From Nitrosopumilus sp. (GTDB taxonomy: Archaea > Thermoproteota > Nitrososphaeria > Nitrososphaerales > Nitrosopumilaceae): a DNA stretch of 64,000 nucleotides. The translations under genes and the position numbers were made by a program. The notes beneath the pieces were generated by a model, which saw only the letters and a program-made list of their open reading frames with translations, did no database searches and was not told where the DNA came from. Positions within the stretch are counted from its first letter, which is position 1; each line of letters opens with the position of its first letter. Where the stretch lies: positions 1,664,001-1,728,000 of the forward strand of contig OZ242041.1 of NCBI GenBank assembly GCA_965205215.1. Reading direction: 5' to 3'. Below, piece after piece: positions 10,020 through 18,757 of the stretch.

Positions 10020-10187
10020 ATTAGGCTGCGGAATACCTGGGGCTCATAGCTAAGGTCAAAGGCTCTCGAATATTGGCACGGCCCATGTCATGGTACACGC
10101 ACATGTCAAGATCGAGCTTCGATGTATGAAAGTATGCGGACACAATCCTTCTCATATCGGTAAACGCGGGACAGTATTCTGACACCA

Positions 10188-10523
10188 ACAGGAGGTGCGC
10201 AATACGTTTGCAAGATTCGAAGAGCTCCCTGGCCTTGAGAGCATGGCGGCAGACAAAGATTACGTACCGGAGCAGAAACAAGATATGAGCCACATGACAC
10301 ACAGGGCGGCGCCAAAGCAAACGGGCCCAGTGCTAGGGGTGCTACGCACCATACAGAGCGCCGGCAATATGACAGGCCTGATGTACGCACTCAGCAGCTA
10401 GTCACATCCGGCGGTGAGAACGAGGAGATGCGCGCAGTTGCAGACTCGTAGATGCGCTGACGGATAGGCGCATCATCAGAGGACGTCACGCAGGGCCCGA
10501 GCCCAGGATGGAGGCGAACACGA
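10188..10523 (+). pseudogene. degenerate C-terminal fragment of a tyrosine integrase, ending in a decayed copy of the tRNA-Arg 3' end
   Basis: QEVRNTFARFEELPGLE...QSAGNMTGL and RLVDALTDRRII...AGPEPRMEA align with the 12500-12890 integrase remnant; contains stops and frameshifts. Confidence 0.75.
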
Positions 10524-10752
10524 ACGGCTCCACCGCACGCTTGAAGATAAACTGCACCGCTTTGGTGGCCTGTCGGAGTTTGTCGCATACTATAACGAGA
10601 AGTGGTTGCACTGGTTCCTTGACATAGACAGAGGCGAGGTCCCGCTGCAGGCGTTTGACAACAAAAAGGCATCGAATACGATCAGGGATAGCAATACGAA
10701 ATGGGTTGAAGAGGACGCCAACGACTAGACAAAATCATTTTAATACAATACA
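10522..10752 (+). mobile_element. IS481-like (rve/DDE) transposase C-terminal remnant with right end
   Basis: ERLHRTLEDKLHRF..LSEFVAYYNEKWLHWFLDID..EVPLQAF...WVEEDAND* (ERFHRT, YYN..R.H..L...TP pattern); followed by a short end terminating in ACA. Confidence 0.65.
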
Positions 10753-10933
10753 CTTTAGAAACCCGGTCAAATGTTTTTATATATGCAGATACTTGGGCTC
10801 CACAACGGCGCACGCCGCATGTACGGCCAGTCCATTCGTACGCGTGTAGCAAGCAAGGCAGACCGCCGATATGCTCATTTCGCGCTCAGGATCACTTCAG
10901 AAAGTCGGCATGTTGCCATTTTTGCTATTTTGA

Positions 10934-11404
10934 TCAAGAAGAGGCGGCGCCGTCAAAGTCGTCTAGGATCTGGCTTGCATGTCCCGTCGGCTTTACCTTT
11001 GTATATGCTTTGAATATGATCCCGTCCTCTCCTACGAGAAACGAGCTCCTTATCACCCCTTCGCGCTCTTTGTCCCCGACCTTTTTCATGCCCCACACCC
11101 CGAACATTTTGGCCACCGCATGCTGCGTATCTGCCATCAGAACGTATTGGATTTTCTTCCTTTCACGGAAATTTTCATGCGACTCGACGCTGTCTGGACT
11201 GATCCCGATAACCTCTATGTCGCGGCGCCGGTATTCATCATATAGATTTCCAAACTCGTCGGCCTGGATGGTGCAACCCGGCGTAAAGTCCTTTGGGTAA
11301 AAATAGATCACATGCTTCTTGCCTGCAAAATCCTTGGAGCTTTTGAGCGTCCCCGGAGAATCCGGGAGTTCAAAGGACGGTACCGCGTCCCCTTCACTTA
11401 TCAT
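10934..11404 (-). CDS. bcp: peroxiredoxin (BCP/PrxQ family)
   Basis: YFYPKDFTPGCT, GISPD, RSSFLV. Confidence 0.92.
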   Translation of the reverse strand: MISEGDAVPSFELPDSPGTLKSSKDFAGKKHVIYFYPKDFTPGCTIQADEFGNLYDEYRRRDIEVIGISPDSVESHENFRERKKIQYVLMADTQHAVAKMFGVWGMKKVGDKEREGVIRSSFLVGEDGIIFKAYTKVKPTGHASQILDDFDGAASS

Positions 11405-11492
11405 GTTGGCGCATACTTCCGCTTCACATTTTATACCTTTGCATCAGATGTTATGTTACAAATTCTGGAACTGATATAGATAATCTAATAAA

Positions 11493-11649
11493 TACCATTA
11501 AGATTGGTACCTAAATAAACCCAAGTATTATTAATATTGACCCTATGATAGACTTTTATTATCAATATTGGCTCCCATGATAAATTCTATTACTAATATT
11601 GGTTTCTATGATAAATCCTATTATTAATATTGGTACATATAACAAATGT
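11493..11649. repeat. AT-rich 31-bp tandem repeat array (4 good copies plus 1 degenerate)
   Basis: Units start at 11526, 11557, 11588, 11619; consensus about TATTAyyAATATTGGyyyyyATGATAAATyy; degenerate copy near 11493. Confidence 0.85.
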
Positions 11650-11744
11650 ACAATAATATGCCAAGACATATTATCATAATATATGTGCGATAATACAGTT
11701 CCGTCGTTTTTGACAGATCCCGAATTCGCAAGAGCCAGCGTCCA

Positions 11745-11756
11745 AAACTTTTAAAA
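11745..11756 (+). promoter_or_regulatory. BRE/TATA core AAACTTTTAAAA of the 42-aa Cys-rich gene
   Basis: 22 nt separate it from ATG 11779; identical 12-mer and spacing upstream of the homologue at 25967. Confidence 0.7.
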
Positions 11757-11778
11757 CATGCCAAATGCAAACACATGC

Positions 11779-11907
11779 ATGGCAGACTCATGTGCCGAAC
11801 AAATCGCGGCTAACAGCGAATGTAACTGCGCACCAAAGACCGAATGCGGTTGTGACTCGACAGCGTGTGAATGCGCTACAGAAATCTGCGTGACTGCAAG
11901 AGGATAG
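11779..11907 (+). CDS. metallothionein-like peptide (42 aa, 8 Cys); not in the ORF track
   Basis: MADSCAEQIAANSECNCAPKTECGCDSTACECATEICVTARG*; three CxC motifs, no aromatic residues, TATA upstream, T-run at 11921; homologue at 25833-25967. Confidence 0.8.
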   Translation: MADSCAEQIAANSECNCAPKTECGCDSTACECATEICVTARG

Positions 11908-11920
11908 AAAGTCCAACCAC

Positions 11921-11933
11921 TTTTTTTTATTTT
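11921..11933 (+). terminator. oligo-T terminator
   Basis: ttttttttatttt 14 nt after the stop. Confidence 0.65.
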
Positions 11934-12199
11934 AATTCTGTCATACTAGGCCTTGCGCGCCGCCGCTTATCTGCATGAGTCGCCATTCCGGATCACGCTT
12001 GCGGGCCTAGCAGTGTACCCGCGGCGCAACCGCAGTGTGGAGATGCGGGAACAGGAAGCCGCACGATCCGGGTTGGTCCGCGGCGCCGCGGCCGCGTTGC
12101 AATCCGGCGCCCGTGTAACACATGCCCGCCACACTGCAACCGCGCGCCTCGTCGTCGCTGGCGCCGTCCTGATCGGGCTCCTCTTGCCGCACGCGACAC

Positions 12200-12875
12200 C
12201 CTACCGGAAGGCAGGTGCGCGCCGGGCGCACCTGAACAAGTAAACTTGCAGTGATTGCGCCGGGCCACAGATACAAAACCGACAGGAAGTGCAAACAGCG
12301 GCAAGTCGTTCCTGCCCACGTAACACATCAGCAAGGAGGTACGAAGGGCATTCCACCCCAGCTTTTCGTGGAGGCCGTACATCCTGCGCGCCTACTTTGA
12401 TACAGAGCTGCTGATGGAGGAATCCAAGGGCAAGATGGCACACGACTTTCGCGTGTTCTTTAGGGGACGCAGGAGGTCGATGGAGTCAAAATACACCACA
12501 AACAAGGGCATGCTGCCAGAGGTCCTGCTGCAGGAGATGCAAGAGTCCTTTGCAAGATCCGAAGAGTTCCTCGGCCTCGAGAACACGGCCGCAGGCAAGG
12601 ACCACGTATTGGAGCAGAAAGAGGAGATGCACCACATGATACACAAGGCAACGCCAGAGCAGCTAGACCTGATGCTAGAGGCGCTCCGCGTCGTGCAGGG
12701 CGCTGGCAACATGACAGGTCTGGCGGCAACGGCAGCAGTGCTCGGCAACTAGCCGTACCCTGCGAAGCAATAGACGCAATGCTTGCTCGGGACTATCAAT
12801 TTGTAGCCTCGCTGCCCGACGGGCGCATAATCGTGGAAGTACCACCACGCGCAGGGTCCGAACCCAGAGTGGAAG
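12200..12875 (+). pseudogene. archaeal tyrosine recombinase/integrase pseudogene abutting the tRNA-Arg 3' end
   Basis: GKSFLPT*HISKEVRRAFHPSFSWRPYILRAYFDTELL.EESKGKMAHDFRVFF(RGR)..MESKYTTNKGMLP; after a frameshift near 12750: YQFVASLPDGRIIV. In-frame stop 12321-12323; the expected MGH reads RGR. Confidence 0.85.
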
Positions 12876-12950
12876 CGGACCCGACCGGATTCGAACCGGC
12901 GACCTAACGCTCCGCAAGCGTTCGCACTATCCATGCTATGCAACGAGTCC
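12876..12950 (-). tRNA. tRNA-Arg(GCG)
   Basis: Reverse complement GGACTCG..GCAT..GTGC-G-AACGC-TT-GCG-GA-GCGTT..GCCGG-TTCGAAT-CCGGT-CGGGTCC-G. Confidence 0.95.
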
Positions 12951-13204
12951 GTTAGGGGGCCATAAGACGCGCTTAATGTAAATTGCTGATCAGGCGTACG
13001 GGCACAGATCGACACTGTCATCGTGGCGCACGCCGGTACCGACCCCCGTTCTCAAATCGAGAAGACGAGGCCGGATTCAACGAATCGGATTCGCCCAGAT
13101 CAATAACAGGAGCGCGGCCAATACGTAAATGACGCGCTCCGAGCGGGCAGACCCAATAATATCACTAACTAGAATCAACCATGATAATTCCAAGATGCCC
13201 GCCG

Positions 13205-14071
13205 TTACGGCTTCGAGGCAAAAACATACTGCGTGTCGTCTGTCTGGTTAAACGTCCAGGCAGACGGCAATGCCACGGTTCCGGCATGTCGCAGCCCAGC
13301 GCGCCTCATAGTCTTCCCCCACCCGTGCATCCCCTCCGGATCGGAGGCGTACTTGGGAGACATTGTTCCGGCAAACACCCACCCCGGCATCTTGCGCCCG
13401 GCTGCTGCAAGCCTGTCCATTATTCCAGATGCCATAATATCACCGCCCATCTGAGCGAGGCCGCCCACAAAGACCACTGCAGGGGGGCCACAACCCATCA
13501 TCACATAGTCAAATTCTGTTGCGTCGGCGCAGTGGGCCTCGAAGCTGGACAGGTGTGAGAGCCGCTCTTGGAGCCCCACCAACTCCGCGTCGATCTCGAT
13601 GCCATGGGCATCCATGCCAAGCACGGATGCACAGAATGCAATCCTCCCATCCCCAGAACCCACATCTATGACCTGGCGGTATCCAAGGCCCTTGACGAGC
13701 CGCGCCAGCACGTATGCGGACGCGATCCACGTGGGAGAAAACGGCGCGCGGCTCGCCTCGTGCAGTATGCTCCCAAGCCAGTATTTGTTGGCGTCACCCT
13801 CGTATACAATGCACCGTATGCCGTGTAGTACGGACTCATGCGAGTCACGATAGATCGGATTCTCAGATGCAAATCTGTGCAACAGTTGGAGATCATCCCG
13901 GGGGATCAGGAATTCGTCTGAAGGCATGGCAGGTATTGCCTCCGCAATCTGGGCAGTGGGTCGTGACAATGCCAAGTCCCGCTTTATGCGACAGAGAGTC
14001 TTGGCAAGCATGTCGGCAGGATTTGGGGGTATCGTAGATTCCAGAACGGGTTCATTCAAGGTCATCACCAT
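13205..14071 (-). CDS. SAM-dependent methyltransferase-like protein
   Basis: VIDVGSGDGRI motif I, GIEID, ADA. Confidence 0.7.
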   Translation of the reverse strand: MVMTLNEPVLESTIPPNPADMLAKTLCRIKRDLALSRPTAQIAEAIPAMPSDEFLIPRDDLQLLHRFASENPIYRDSHESVLHGIRCIVYEGDANKYWLGSILHEASRAPFSPTWIASAYVLARLVKGLGYRQVIDVGSGDGRIAFCASVLGMDAHGIEIDAELVGLQERLSHLSSFEAHCADATEFDYVMMGCGPPAVVFVGGLAQMGGDIMASGIMDRLAAAGRKMPGWVFAGTMSPKYASDPEGMHGWGKTMRRAGLRHAGTVALPSAWTFNQTDDTQYVFASKP

Positions 14072-14212
14072 TTACGCAGTCACGGGCCCGCATTGGATCT
14101 GTCCAAGTTGCGACATGTGCTTTCGTCAGAGGCGGCAGCGCCGTTGTCAGCATGATTACCGCTGTTGACGTTGTCGCCATCGCCATAACCGCCACCATCA
14201 TCGGCATCACCA

Positions 14213-14731
14213 TTAGAGGCCAGCACGATCGCTCACCATTGCATCGTACTGCCCCACAAACTCGCGCACGCTCATGAGTTTTCTGAGCTGGGCATACCTT
14301 TCGGATTCGGCGGCCTCGTTTGCGGGTGCGGCCCCGCCCTGCAATGACGACAGCTGTGAGGAGGGCGTCAGCTCGCCTACGATGTCCCGTATCATGCCGT
14401 TTATCACGCGTTTTGCATCCCTGTGCAGTGCGTCATCAAAGCGCTTGGAGATAAAGGACTCTGCGTCGGATATCAGCCCAGATAGGCCGTCATCACAGGC
14501 CGTATCTTTTAGCGTCCCTGCGAGCGTCATGACGTTTGACACGGCATAGTACGCCTTTATGAGATCATCCAGGCCGTCGCGCTCCGGCCGCTTCCCGCTG
14601 CTCCACCCCTCTGCAGACTCTACAATCCTCTTCATCTCTGAGCACTGCGCGGCAAGCACCCCGGCGGCGGCTCCCGCACCGGCATTGTGTCTGCTGCCGG
14701 CACCCTTGACCATGGGGACACGGCGTGCCAA
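14213..14731 (-). CDS. hypothetical protein
   Basis: 172-aa helical-looking ORF downstream of the aquaporin; start uncertain. Confidence 0.55.
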   Translation of the reverse strand: MARRVPMVKGAGSRHNAGAGAAAGVLAAQCSEMKRIVESAEGWSSGKRPERDGLDDLIKAYYAVSNVMTLAGTLKDTACDDGLSGLISDAESFISKRFDDALHRDAKRVINGMIRDIVGELTPSSQLSSLQGGAAPANEAAESERYAQLRKLMSVREFVGQYDAMVSDRAGL

Positions 14732-14747
14732 ATTTTTTTAAAGGTTT

Positions 14748-15461
14748 TCAGGCTTCGGCCGCCTCTGCGTCGGCCTTTTTGACGAATACGTAGTTCATTA
14801 TCAGGCCCGCTATGATGCCGCCCAGGATAGGCGCGGCCCAGTACAGCCAGTGAAATTCCCAAAAGCCGGATATGAGCGCGGGTCCAAACGTCCTTGCCGG
14901 GTTTACGGACGCGCCCGTCAGCGGCACCGCAATCAGATGGATCAGGAAGACCATCCCGCCTATTGCAAAGCCGTGCCATCCCGGCGATGCCCTCTTGTGG
15001 ACGGCTGTCATGAATATGACCGTAACCAGAAAGAACGTCAGGATTGCCTCTATTGCAAAGCCAGATCCGACGCTGTTGTTTATGAGGTCGCTGGGTCCCC
15101 CCTGCGTGCCAAAGTTAACCTTTGCACCCAGCTCCGGAAGTATGGCCTTTAGCGTAGCGGCCGCGGCCACGGCCCCTACCAGCTGCGACGCTATATACGC
15201 AATGCCGTCGCTGACACCAATCTTCTTTGTAATCATCATCGGTATGGTGACTGCAGGGTTGATGTGGGCCCCGGAAACGTGTCCGAACGCGTATATCATA
15301 AGAGCAATTGCGCCGCCGTGTCCGAGCGATATGAAGAGGACAGACTGAGTGGTCAGCTCTTCACCAAATGACGCGATTGCCAATATTACGGAGAGTGGTC
15401 CAAAAAAGACAAGTCCGTATGTTGCAATGGCTTCAGCAAGATACGCCCGGGGGTTGGCCAT
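14748..15461 (-). CDS. aquaporin (MIP family)
   Basis: SGAHINPAVT and GASVNPAR NPA boxes; six hydrophobic segments. Confidence 0.95.
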   Translation of the reverse strand: MANPRAYLAEAIATYGLVFFGPLSVILAIASFGEELTTQSVLFISLGHGGAIALMIYAFGHVSGAHINPAVTIPMMITKKIGVSDGIAYIASQLVGAVAAAATLKAILPELGAKVNFGTQGGPSDLINNSVGSGFAIEAILTFFLVTVIFMTAVHKRASPGWHGFAIGGMVFLIHLIAVPLTGASVNPARTFGPALISGFWEFHWLYWAAPILGGIIAGLIMNYVFVKKADAEAAEA

Positions 15462-15687
15462 GCGGCAACACCCGTAATTTTACATATAAAAGATTCGCAA
15501 CGCGTGGGGGTAACCGTCCAACGCCCCCCCCCCCGTCAAATATCCGAACACGCCGCACACTAGACCATACACGGGGCCACATATCTAGCCGTCACGGGGG
15601 CAGTATCGCGGCGGGTATCGGGCGGTTACCGCTCGCGGCGCCTGTCCCGCGCTCAAGGTATAAAACAACCATCAGGTGCGGACAACC

Positions 15688-16158
15688 ATGCTGACGGACG
15701 GCGACAAGGTGCCGGCATTTGAGCTCATGGATGCGTTCGGGAACACCACGGGCTCTGGCGCCCTCAGGGGCAGAAAGTACGTGGTCTACTTTTACCCAAA
15801 GGACTTTACGTCGGGATGCACAATCGAGGCAGACGAATTCTCAAAGGCGTACGACGAGTTTAGGAAGAGAGGCATAGAGGTGGTCGGCATCAGTCCGGAC
15901 AGCGTCGAGTCGCACGGCAAGTTCTGCAAAAAGATGGGCATACCGTACGTGCTTTTGGCCGACACCGACAAGAAGGTAGCAGAGGCGTTTGGTGTCTGGG
16001 GCAAGAAAAAGTTCATGGGACGCGAATACATGGGAGTCAACAGGAGTACGTTTCTTGTGGACGAAGGGGGGACGGTGTTCAAGGTGTACAGCAAGGTAAG
16101 GCCCGCAGGACACGCCAAGGACGTGCTTGAAGAGTTTGAGCGCAGCGGTCCAGCGTAG
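15688..16158 (+). CDS. bcp: peroxiredoxin (BCP/PrxQ family)
   Basis: YFYPKDFTSGCT, HGKFC, RSTFLV. Confidence 0.92.
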   Translation: MLTDGDKVPAFELMDAFGNTTGSGALRGRKYVVYFYPKDFTSGCTIEADEFSKAYDEFRKRGIEVVGISPDSVESHGKFCKKMGIPYVLLADTDKKVAEAFGVWGKKKFMGREYMGVNRSTFLVDEGGTVFKVYSKVRPAGHAKDVLEEFERSGPA

Positions 16159-16205
16159 GCATGGCGAAACAATAAAGAAGAAAATAGGCGGGACGCGTCA
16201 AACGG

Positions 16206-17258
16206 CTAAAAGCCTTTTGGCAATGTCCCTCGGGGTTTCTTTGGCGGTTCAGGCTTTGGTTCAAATCCCTTTGGAAGCGCCCCGCGCTTTCCAGAGCTGG
16301 ATGCAGATGCTGCCTCGGCTGCCTCGGCTGCCGCTTGCTCTGCCATGGCCTTGGCTGCCTCTTGCCTCTGCTCCTCCAGCCGATTTAGATAGTCTGCCTC
16401 ATAGTCGGCAAGCTTCTGCGACCTGTTGCGGTCGTCGGGGGGTGGCGGTGGCGGTGACTGCTGCCGGGCCTCTGCGGGGGGTGGCGGTGGCGGTGACTGC
16501 TTTTCGGTCTGCGCACTGCTGCTACTGCCGGACGCCGAAACGCCCTCCACCTTCATAGCCGTCCCGCTGAAGCTTCCAAACCTCTTGTCCGGAGGATGGT
16601 ACGCAAGCCGGGCCCGCGTCGCAAAGTATTGGTCCGAGGGCTGCGTGTACCCCGTAACCTTTGCCTTCTGCTCGTTCCAGTTTGTGGTTGGAACCGTGCC
16701 CACGGGGGCCGTCAGTCTGACATAGTACCGGTTTGGCGCAGGCGAATAGCCCGTGACGTTGGTGCGGTACTTGTGAAAGTCAGTCTGCGGGGCGTCATAG
16801 TACGCGTCCTCCAGGGCGGCCGCAATTGTGGCCGCGGGTGGCTTGGCAGACTCGGCCGGTTTTGGCTTTTCTGCCGCCGCCGGCTTGGGGGCCGCCTTGT
16901 CAAATCCCTTTGGAAGCGTGCCCTTGGACTTCCTGGGCTCCGCCGCCGCCTCGGCCTTTTTGGGCTCGGGCTTGGGGGCGGGCTTGGGGGCCGCCTTGTC
17001 AAATCCCTTTGGAAGCGTGCCCTTGGGCTTCTTGGGCTCCGCCGCCGCCTCGGCCTTTTTGGGCTCGGGCTTGGAGGCCGCCTCGGCCTTTTTGGGCTCG
17101 GGCTTTGGCTCCTTCTTTGGCTTGGGAGCCGGCTTTGGCCCCAGCTGCTCAGACAGGCTTGCCAGTTTCGCCTCTAGTTCCGCAATCTTTGACTCGAGGT
17201 CCTTTTTAGTAGCGCGGGATGTCCTTGTAGACTTTGATGTACTGCGTGTGGTTGCCAT
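16206..17258 (-). CDS. Lys/Pro/Ala-rich disordered protein with GTLPKGF repeats (paralogue 1)
   Basis: N-terminal coiled coil KKDLESKIAELEAKL, four G(T/A)LPKGF motifs, central Tyr-rich block shared with paralogue 2. Confidence 0.8.
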   Translation of the reverse strand: MATTRSTSKSTRTSRATKKDLESKIAELEAKLASLSEQLGPKPAPKPKKEPKPEPKKAEAASKPEPKKAEAAAEPKKPKGTLPKGFDKAAPKPAPKPEPKKAEAAAEPRKSKGTLPKGFDKAAPKPAAAEKPKPAESAKPPAATIAAALEDAYYDAPQTDFHKYRTNVTGYSPAPNRYYVRLTAPVGTVPTTNWNEQKAKVTGYTQPSDQYFATRARLAYHPPDKRFGSFSGTAMKVEGVSASGSSSSAQTEKQSPPPPPPAEARQQSPPPPPPDDRNRSQKLADYEADYLNRLEEQRQEAAKAMAEQAAAEAAEAASASSSGKRGALPKGFEPKPEPPKKPRGTLPKGF

Positions 17259-17422
17259 TTAATGTACGAACAGACGTGATGCTTATTTACATTTTGTTTG
17301 GAGTGCGATCATGCCTGCCAATTTTACAGGAAAATGCCCAAAAAGATACAAAATGTGGCGTCCGCGTACGGCCCGGGCAGCCGCAGCCGAGGCGGTGGCG
17401 GTGGCCATACGCCTGAAACATC

Positions 17423-17623
17423 CTAGTCCGGCTCCCAGAACGTCATTACGAACATACAGTTGTTGCAGCGCCAAACCCTGAGGTGCACGCCGTTGTTGGT
17501 GTCTGCCATGTACCTGCCTTCCGGATCCTTCTCAAGCCGGGGAATGTACCCCAGTTCCGGGCTCTCAAGCCATTCCTTTTGGCCGCAGTTGTGACAGCTA
17601 GTCAGCGGAGGCACGTACGGCAT
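17423..17623 (-). CDS. small Zn-ribbon protein
   Basis: 66 aa, CHNC...CNNC; TTTTAA box upstream. Confidence 0.75.
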   Translation of the reverse strand: MPYVPPLTSCHNCGQKEWLESPELGYIPRLEKDPEGRYMADTNNGVHLRVWRCNNCMFVMTFWEPD

Positions 17624-17662
17624 ACGCCCCAGTCGCTATTAAAAATTAAAAAAGTCAGGTGC

Positions 17663-18571
17663 TCAGAAACCCTTTGGGAGCGTTCCCTTGGATTTTGATG
17701 CTGCTGTTGTCGATTCTGGCTTTGGAGTCTGCTGCTCCTGTCCCGCGGCTGCAACCTCGACGCTCATAGCCGTCCCGCTGAAGCTTCCAAACCTCTTGTC
17801 CGGAGGATGGTACGCAAGCCGGGCCCGCGTCGCAAAGTATTGGTCCGAGGGCTGCGTGTACCCCGTAACCTTTGCCTTCTGCTCGTTCCAGTTTGTGGTT
17901 GGAACCGTGCCCACGGGGGCCGTCAGTCTGACATAGTACCGGTTTGGCGCAGGCGAATAGCCCGTGACGTTGGTGCGGTACTTGTGAAAGTCAGTCTGCG
18001 GGGCGTCATAGTACGCGTCCTCCAGGGCGGCCGCAACTGTGGCCGCGGGTGGCTTGGCAGACTCGGCCGGTTTTGGCTTTTCTGCCGCCGCCGGCTTGGG
18101 GGCCGCCTTGTCAAATCCCTTTGGAAGCGTGCCCTTGGGCTTCTTGGGCTCCGCCGCCGCCTCGGCCTTTTTGGGCTCGGGCTTGGGGGCCGCCTTGTCA
18201 AATCCCTTTGGAAGCGTGCCCTTGGGCTTCTTGGGCTCCGCCGCCGCCTCGGCCTTTTTGGGCTCGGGCTTCGGGGCAGGCTTGGGGGCCGCCTTGTCAA
18301 ATCCCTTTGGAAGCGTGCCCTTGGGCTTCTTGGGCTCCGCCGCCGCCTCGGCCTTTTTGGGCTCGGGCTTCGGGGCAGGCTTGGGGGCCGCCTTGTCAAA
18401 TCCCTTTGGAAGCGTGCCCTTGGACGATGCCTTGGACGCGGCGTTGGCACTCCCGTCAGACTTGGCCGCCGCGTTATTCTGCAGTTCGGCCACAAGCGCG
18501 TCTATCTTTGACTCCAGCTCGACAATCTTGGACTCTAGGTCCTTTTTGGTCGCTCTTTTTGAAGCTGCCAC
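17663..18571 (-). CDS. Lys/Pro/Ala-rich disordered protein with GTLPKGF repeats (paralogue 2)
   Basis: KKDLESKIVELESKI, tandem 29-33-aa units, five GTLPKGF motifs including the C-terminus; GTG start. Confidence 0.8.
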   Translation of the reverse strand: MAASKRATKKDLESKIVELESKIDALVAELQNNAAAKSDGSANAASKASSKGTLPKGFDKAAPKPAPKPEPKKAEAAAEPKKPKGTLPKGFDKAAPKPAPKPEPKKAEAAAEPKKPKGTLPKGFDKAAPKPEPKKAEAAAEPKKPKGTLPKGFDKAAPKPAAAEKPKPAESAKPPAATVAAALEDAYYDAPQTDFHKYRTNVTGYSPAPNRYYVRLTAPVGTVPTTNWNEQKAKVTGYTQPSDQYFATRARLAYHPPDKRFGSFSGTAMSVEVAAAGQEQQTPKPESTTAASKSKGTLPKGF

Positions 18572-18757
18572 GGACAGGATGGACGGAGTGGGGTTTATCT
18601 ATATTTTGATCAGCGGGCGGCCGCCGGTGCCAGAATCGGCCCGTCAGAACGCCCATCCGCCAAATCCAGGCGGACGGAACCTGCCCCACCACGGATCGCC
18701 CGCCCCCTGATCAAGTTTTATATTCTCTGGTAGACTAGACATCTCCGGAGACCACGC

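Noticed and set aside
11493-11649. CRISPR array
   Set aside because: Units are contiguous with no unique spacers, and there are no cas genes in the window
11405-11700. Chromosomal replication origin
   Set aside because: No cdc6/orc1 neighbour and no ORB G-string motif; lies inside a tRNA-linked island
11779-11907. RiPP (ranthipeptide/sactipeptide) precursor
   Set aside because: No adjacent SPASM radical SAM enzyme, protease or transporter; the only radical SAM gene in the window is MqnC-like
12414-12752. Intact 112-aa protein from the ORF track (and 10195-10401)
   Set aside because: These are internal fragments of integrase pseudogenes bounded by stops and frameshifts
12749-13021. Minus-strand ORF similar to 10391-10672
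   Set aside because: It overlaps tRNA-Arg; the similarity is the antisense shadow of the integrase/att duplication
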